Below are positions 60,341-64,000 of a stretch of DNA of 64,000 nucleotides, piece after piece; position 1 is the first letter of the stretch, and every line of letters starts with the position of its first letter. The notes beneath the pieces were generated by a model. The model was not told the DNA's origin and searched no databases. It saw only the letters and a program-made list of their open reading frames with translations. Made by a program: the position numbers and the translations under genes. Origin of the DNA: Candidatus Moraniibacteriota bacterium (GTDB taxonomy: Bacteria > Patescibacteriota > Minisyncoccia > Moranbacterales > UBA1568); NCBI GenBank assembly GCA_037133435.1, contig JBAXOD010000003.1, positions 9,502 to 73,501 of the forward strand, given 5' to 3'.

Positions 60341-61942
60341 ATGTACGACATTCTCATAAAGAACGGCATGGTGATCGACGGCTCGGGAGTACCGATGTTC
60401 CGGGCCGATGTCGCCGTCAAGGAAGGGAAGATAGCTGCCGTCGGGATCTTGGCTTCCGAGACCGCCGAACTGGTGTACGACGCTGACGGATGCTATGTCT
60501 CACCCGGTTTCATCGACGTAAACAATCATTCGGACACGTATTGGGAGCTGTTCCGGTCGCCGGGACTTCCCGGCATGCTCTTGCAGGGCGTGACGACGAT
60601 CGTCGGCGGAAATTCCGGCGCGTCGCTCGCGCCCCTTACTCGGTCCGAGGATATCGTCGCGATCCAAAAATGGACGGATGTCGCCAAGGTGAATTTCAAC
60701 TGGTTGTCGATGAGTGAGCTGCTGACCGAAATCGGACGAAGGCCGCTCTCGGTGAATTTCGCGACGCTGGCGGGTCACGGGACGATACGCAGGAGCGTCC
60801 TCAAAAGTCCGACAAAAAAACCCGACGCGTCGGATATCGAGAAGATGAAACGGCTGCTCGATCAGGCGCTCCGCGACGGTGCCATCGGATTGTCGACCGG
60901 CCTCAAATACACGCATTCCAGGCTTGCCGAGGAAGCGGAGCTCTCCGAACTTTTCGCGTCGGTCGTCCGGGAAAAGATGGTTCACGCGACGTATCTGCGT
61001 GACGAGGGCGAACATCTGCTCGACGCGGTTTCCGAGGCGATCGTTTCGGCGAAGGCTGCCGGCATGTCGCTGCATATCTCGCATCTCAAGGCGGTCGGAA
61101 AACGGAACTGGCATCTCTTCGAGGAGGCGCTTTCGTCCATTCGGAACGCGGCGACCGATGGTCTCGACATCACTTTCGACGTCTATCCGTATACCGCGAG
61201 CGGATCGGTCCTTTATACGCTCCTGCCGGACTGGGTCACCGAAAGCGGACGTAAGACGATGCTTCATCGGCTCAAGGATTTTCAGGTACGGCAGTCGGTC
61301 GTGCGCGACATGAAAGCGAACGAGTATGACTATTCTGAAATGCGGGTCTCGGTATCGACGTTGTCGAAGATGGTCGCTCAGAAGAACGTGAGCGAGATGG
61401 CGACGGCCCGGGGCGTCGCTCCGGAAGAGGTCGTGATCGACGTGCTGCTCGCGAGCGAGGGACGCGCGATCGTCTCGCTCGAGGTCCTGAGCGAACGTAA
61501 CGTCGAGAAGGCCGTACAGGACCCGTTCTCCATCATCAGTTCCAACGGCGTCGGGTATCCGATAGAACATGAGGCTACCGGGGACATGGTCCATCCGAGG
61601 AACTTCGGCACTTTTCCGAGGATATTTTCGCAGTACGTTCGCGAGAAGAAGCTGTTGTCGTGGGAAGAAGCGGTGCACAAGATGACCGGCAAGCCGGCCG
61701 CGAAATTCCATTTCATGGACCGCGGTCTCCTGCGGGAAAACTTTCAGGCCGACATAGTCGTCTTCGATCCGGACACCATCGCCGACCGCTCGACGATGGA
61801 GATTCCGTACCTGTATCCGGACGGGATCCGTATGGTCGTCGTGAACGGGATCGTGGCCGCTCATGGGGGAGTATGGACCGGTTCCCGGTCCGGCCAGTTG
61901 ATACTCAGCAAGAAACGCGGCCCGTCGTTCCTGTTCCGATAA
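60341..61942 (+). CDS. N-acyl-D-amino-acid deacylase-like amidohydrolase
   Basis: PGFIDVNNHSD, GLSTGL, HISHLK, HPRNFGTFPR, ADIVVFD. Confidence 0.88.
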   Translation: MYDILIKNGMVIDGSGVPMFRADVAVKEGKIAAVGILASETAELVYDADGCYVSPGFIDVNNHSDTYWELFRSPGLPGMLLQGVTTIVGGNSGASLAPLTRSEDIVAIQKWTDVAKVNFNWLSMSELLTEIGRRPLSVNFATLAGHGTIRRSVLKSPTKKPDASDIEKMKRLLDQALRDGAIGLSTGLKYTHSRLAEEAELSELFASVVREKMVHATYLRDEGEHLLDAVSEAIVSAKAAGMSLHISHLKAVGKRNWHLFEEALSSIRNAATDGLDITFDVYPYTASGSVLYTLLPDWVTESGRKTMLHRLKDFQVRQSVVRDMKANEYDYSEMRVSVSTLSKMVAQKNVSEMATARGVAPEEVVIDVLLASEGRAIVSLEVLSERNVEKAVQDPFSIISSNGVGYPIEHEATGDMVHPRNFGTFPRIFSQYVREKKLLSWEEAVHKMTGKPAAKFHFMDRGLLRENFQADIVVFDPDTIADRSTMEIPYLYPDGIRMVVVNGIVAAHGGVWTGSRSGQLILSKKRGPSFLFR

Positions 61943-62075
61943 GGGGGACCGCGCCGCGTATCGGGAAACGATCGTCCTGAAATCGTTTCATGGACGATTT
62001 TTCGTCTCCGAACGGTTGATGATAACGCGAAAGGATGCTAGCATCGATTCCAAGATAGATACTAACAAAACCGGA

Positions 62076-64000
62076 ATGAAATCGGGACCACAGGCGGATT
62101 CATTCATTTTTACGGATTATGGGCTGAACCCGGAGACGAGGGAGGCCGTTTTTCGCTATGAGATAGGGCTTTCAGACCGTCCGTCGCTTTCCTTCACGGA
62201 CACGGTCGTGTTTCCAAAAGAATTCTCGCTAGAGGGGATTCCGGAAGCGTTGCTCGGGAATACGCTGCGAAGCCTTCATCTGATGCTCGGTATCAGTTAC
62301 TACAAGCTGTATTGTCCGCCGGAAATCATCCTCTCGACGGATCCGATCTCGAAAGAGCAGGCTGACTTTTGGAACGTCATCTACGGAAGGGGTCTCGGTG
62401 AATTCTACTATCGCAACGGTCTTGACCCGGATATCCGGATACGGTTCCCGTATGACGAAACGCTGACCGCCCGCCCCGCTTCCATCCGGAGACAGGACCG
62501 GTCGCTCGTCGGGATCGGGGGAGGGAAGGATTCCATCGTGGCGGGAGAACTCCTCAAGGAACACGGTGACGATTTTTCGGCACTGCTCATCGAAACGCAG
62601 AAGGGGTCTCCCATTTCGGATGCCGTCACGGAACTGATGGGCGTCCCGTCCGTGAACGTTTCCCATATTCTCGATCCGAAAATCTTCGAGGTGCACGAAG
62701 GCGCCTACAACGGACACATCCCGATTTCCGCGGTGTTCGCGTTCATCGGTTACCTGGCGGCGATCCTCTACGACTATTCGTACGTGGTCGTCGGGAACGA
62801 GCGCAGCAGCGATTTCGGGAACGTGCGATGCGGCGAGACGGAAGTGAACCATCAGTGGAGCAAGTCCTCCGAGTTCGAAAGCCTTTTCAGGGGGTATGCG
62901 GACCGGTTTCTTTCCCCGGACATCGTCTATTTTTCCCTACTCCGACCGTTTCATGAGATCCGTATCGCGGAAATGTTTTCGAAACATGGGAAATATTTCC
63001 CGATCTTTTCGAGCTGCAACCGGAACGTGCGGATTTTCAAGGAACGTCCCGAGACGAAATGGTGCGGGGAATGTCCGAAATGCCTCTTCGTGTTCACGAT
63101 GTTTGCCCCGTTCCTGAATCGCGAAGAACTCGTCCGGATTTTCGGAAGGAACCTCTTCGAGGAAGAGTCGCTCATCCCGTCGTTCGCGGATATTTTCGGA
63201 TTCGGGAATATGAAACCGTTCGACTGCGTCGGCACGTTCGAAGAGGCGAGGGCGGCGCTCTTCCTCTCGCGGGAACGGTATGCGGACACCGTCGTCATGA
63301 AACGATTCGTGGGAATGATAGAACAACCGGAGGAGCTGATACAAGAGACATTCTCGACCAGTTCCGCTTTGCTCATTCCGACGCGTTTCGGATTGTACGG
63401 CATGAAGAACGCGCTCATTCTCGGGTACGGGAAGGAAGGAAAGATAACCGAGCAATATCTTCGGAAGTTCTTTCCTGATCTTGAGATCGCCGTGGCGGAC
63501 AAGACGACGGATCCGGAGTATCTGCAAAAGCAGGGCGGATACGACCTGGTGGTCAAGACGCCGGGAATCCGAAAGACCGCGGTCACGGTCCCGTATATCA
63601 CCGCGACGAACCTGTTCTTCTCCACGCTCCGAAACGTCGTCATCGGCGTGACGGGCAGCAAGGGAAAGAGCACCACCGCCTCGCTCATCTTCTCCATCCT
63701 GAAAGAAGCCGGAAAGAAAACGCGGCTCGTGGGGAATATCGGTACGCCGATGCTTGGCGTGTTGCTCGAACCGATCGATCCGGATGAGATATTCGTCGTG
63801 GAGCTCTCGAGTTATCAGCTTGACGATATCGCGTATTCTCCGGATATCGCGGTCGCGCTCAACCTGTTCCCCGAGCACATGAATTATCACGGCGATGCCG
63901 AACGATATTATGATGCGAAAAAGAATATCATGCGGTTTCAGGGTCCCGGAGATATTCTCGTGTACGATGCGAACGATCCGAGGTTGCGCGCGTGGGCGCA
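62076..64000 (+). CDS. MurL epimerase fused to a MurD-type ligase (partial, runs off the window)
   Basis: GISYYK, GGGKDS, NGHIPIS, NHQWSKS, SSCNRN, WCGECPKC, KPFDCVG, then in frame ILGYGKEG, GVTGSKGKSTT, GNIG, ELSSYQL; absent from the ORF track because no stop is reached. Confidence 0.88.
   Translation, partial: MKSGPQADSFIFTDYGLNPETREAVFRYEIGLSDRPSLSFTDTVVFPKEFSLEGIPEALLGNTLRSLHLMLGISYYKLYCPPEIILSTDPISKEQADFWNVIYGRGLGEFYYRNGLDPDIRIRFPYDETLTARPASIRRQDRSLVGIGGGKDSIVAGELLKEHGDDFSALLIETQKGSPISDAVTELMGVPSVNVSHILDPKIFEVHEGAYNGHIPISAVFAFIGYLAAILYDYSYVVVGNERSSDFGNVRCGETEVNHQWSKSSEFESLFRGYADRFLSPDIVYFSLLRPFHEIRIAEMFSKHGKYFPIFSSCNRNVRIFKERPETKWCGECPKCLFVFTMFAPFLNREELVRIFGRNLFEEESLIPSFADIFGFGNMKPFDCVGTFEEARAALFLSRERYADTVVMKRFVGMIEQPEELIQETFSTSSALLIPTRFGLYGMKNALILGYGKEGKITEQYLRKFFPDLEIAVADKTTDPEYLQKQGGYDLVVKTPGIRKTAVTVPYITATNLFFSTLRNVVIGVTGSKGKSTTASLIFSILKEAGKKTRLVGNIGTPMLGVLLEPIDPDEIFVVELSSYQLDDIAYSPDIAVALNLFPEHMNYHGDAERYYDAKKNIMRFQGPGDILVYDANDPRLRAWA

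Overview
Chromosomal window of a small-genome bacterium, probably Patescibacteria/CPR (inferred from gene content; not provable from this window). Most of it is housekeeping: infC-rpmI-rplT, ssrA/smpB, argS, ileS behind an Ile T-box, recO, tgt, a P-type ATPase, glyQS, rsmI, metG, tatD, the atpBEFHAGDC operon, leuS, uppP, folD, tRNA-Leu, parAB, tpiA-fba-gap and a MurL-MurD fusion running off the end. The main discovery is a complete diversity-generating retroelement (DGR) at about 49-55.5 kb. Its 116-bp VR (51543-51658) and TR (51925-52040) differ at 15 positions, all TR adenines. The VR diversifies the C-terminus of a cytoplasmic MoxR-like AAA+ ATPase, the avd gene lies antisense and back-to-back with the RT, and the RT overlaps (ATGA) an HExxH+vWA partner gene. 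A second, less familiar layer: three Avd/IVP-like four-helix-bundle genes sit inside essential operons, each bracketed by mutually complementary repeat arms, and 'empty' arm pairs occur at other gene junctions. Several palindromic elements are inserted in-frame into atpA, glyQS, ileS, leuS and tatD, and two MITE-like elements are present.
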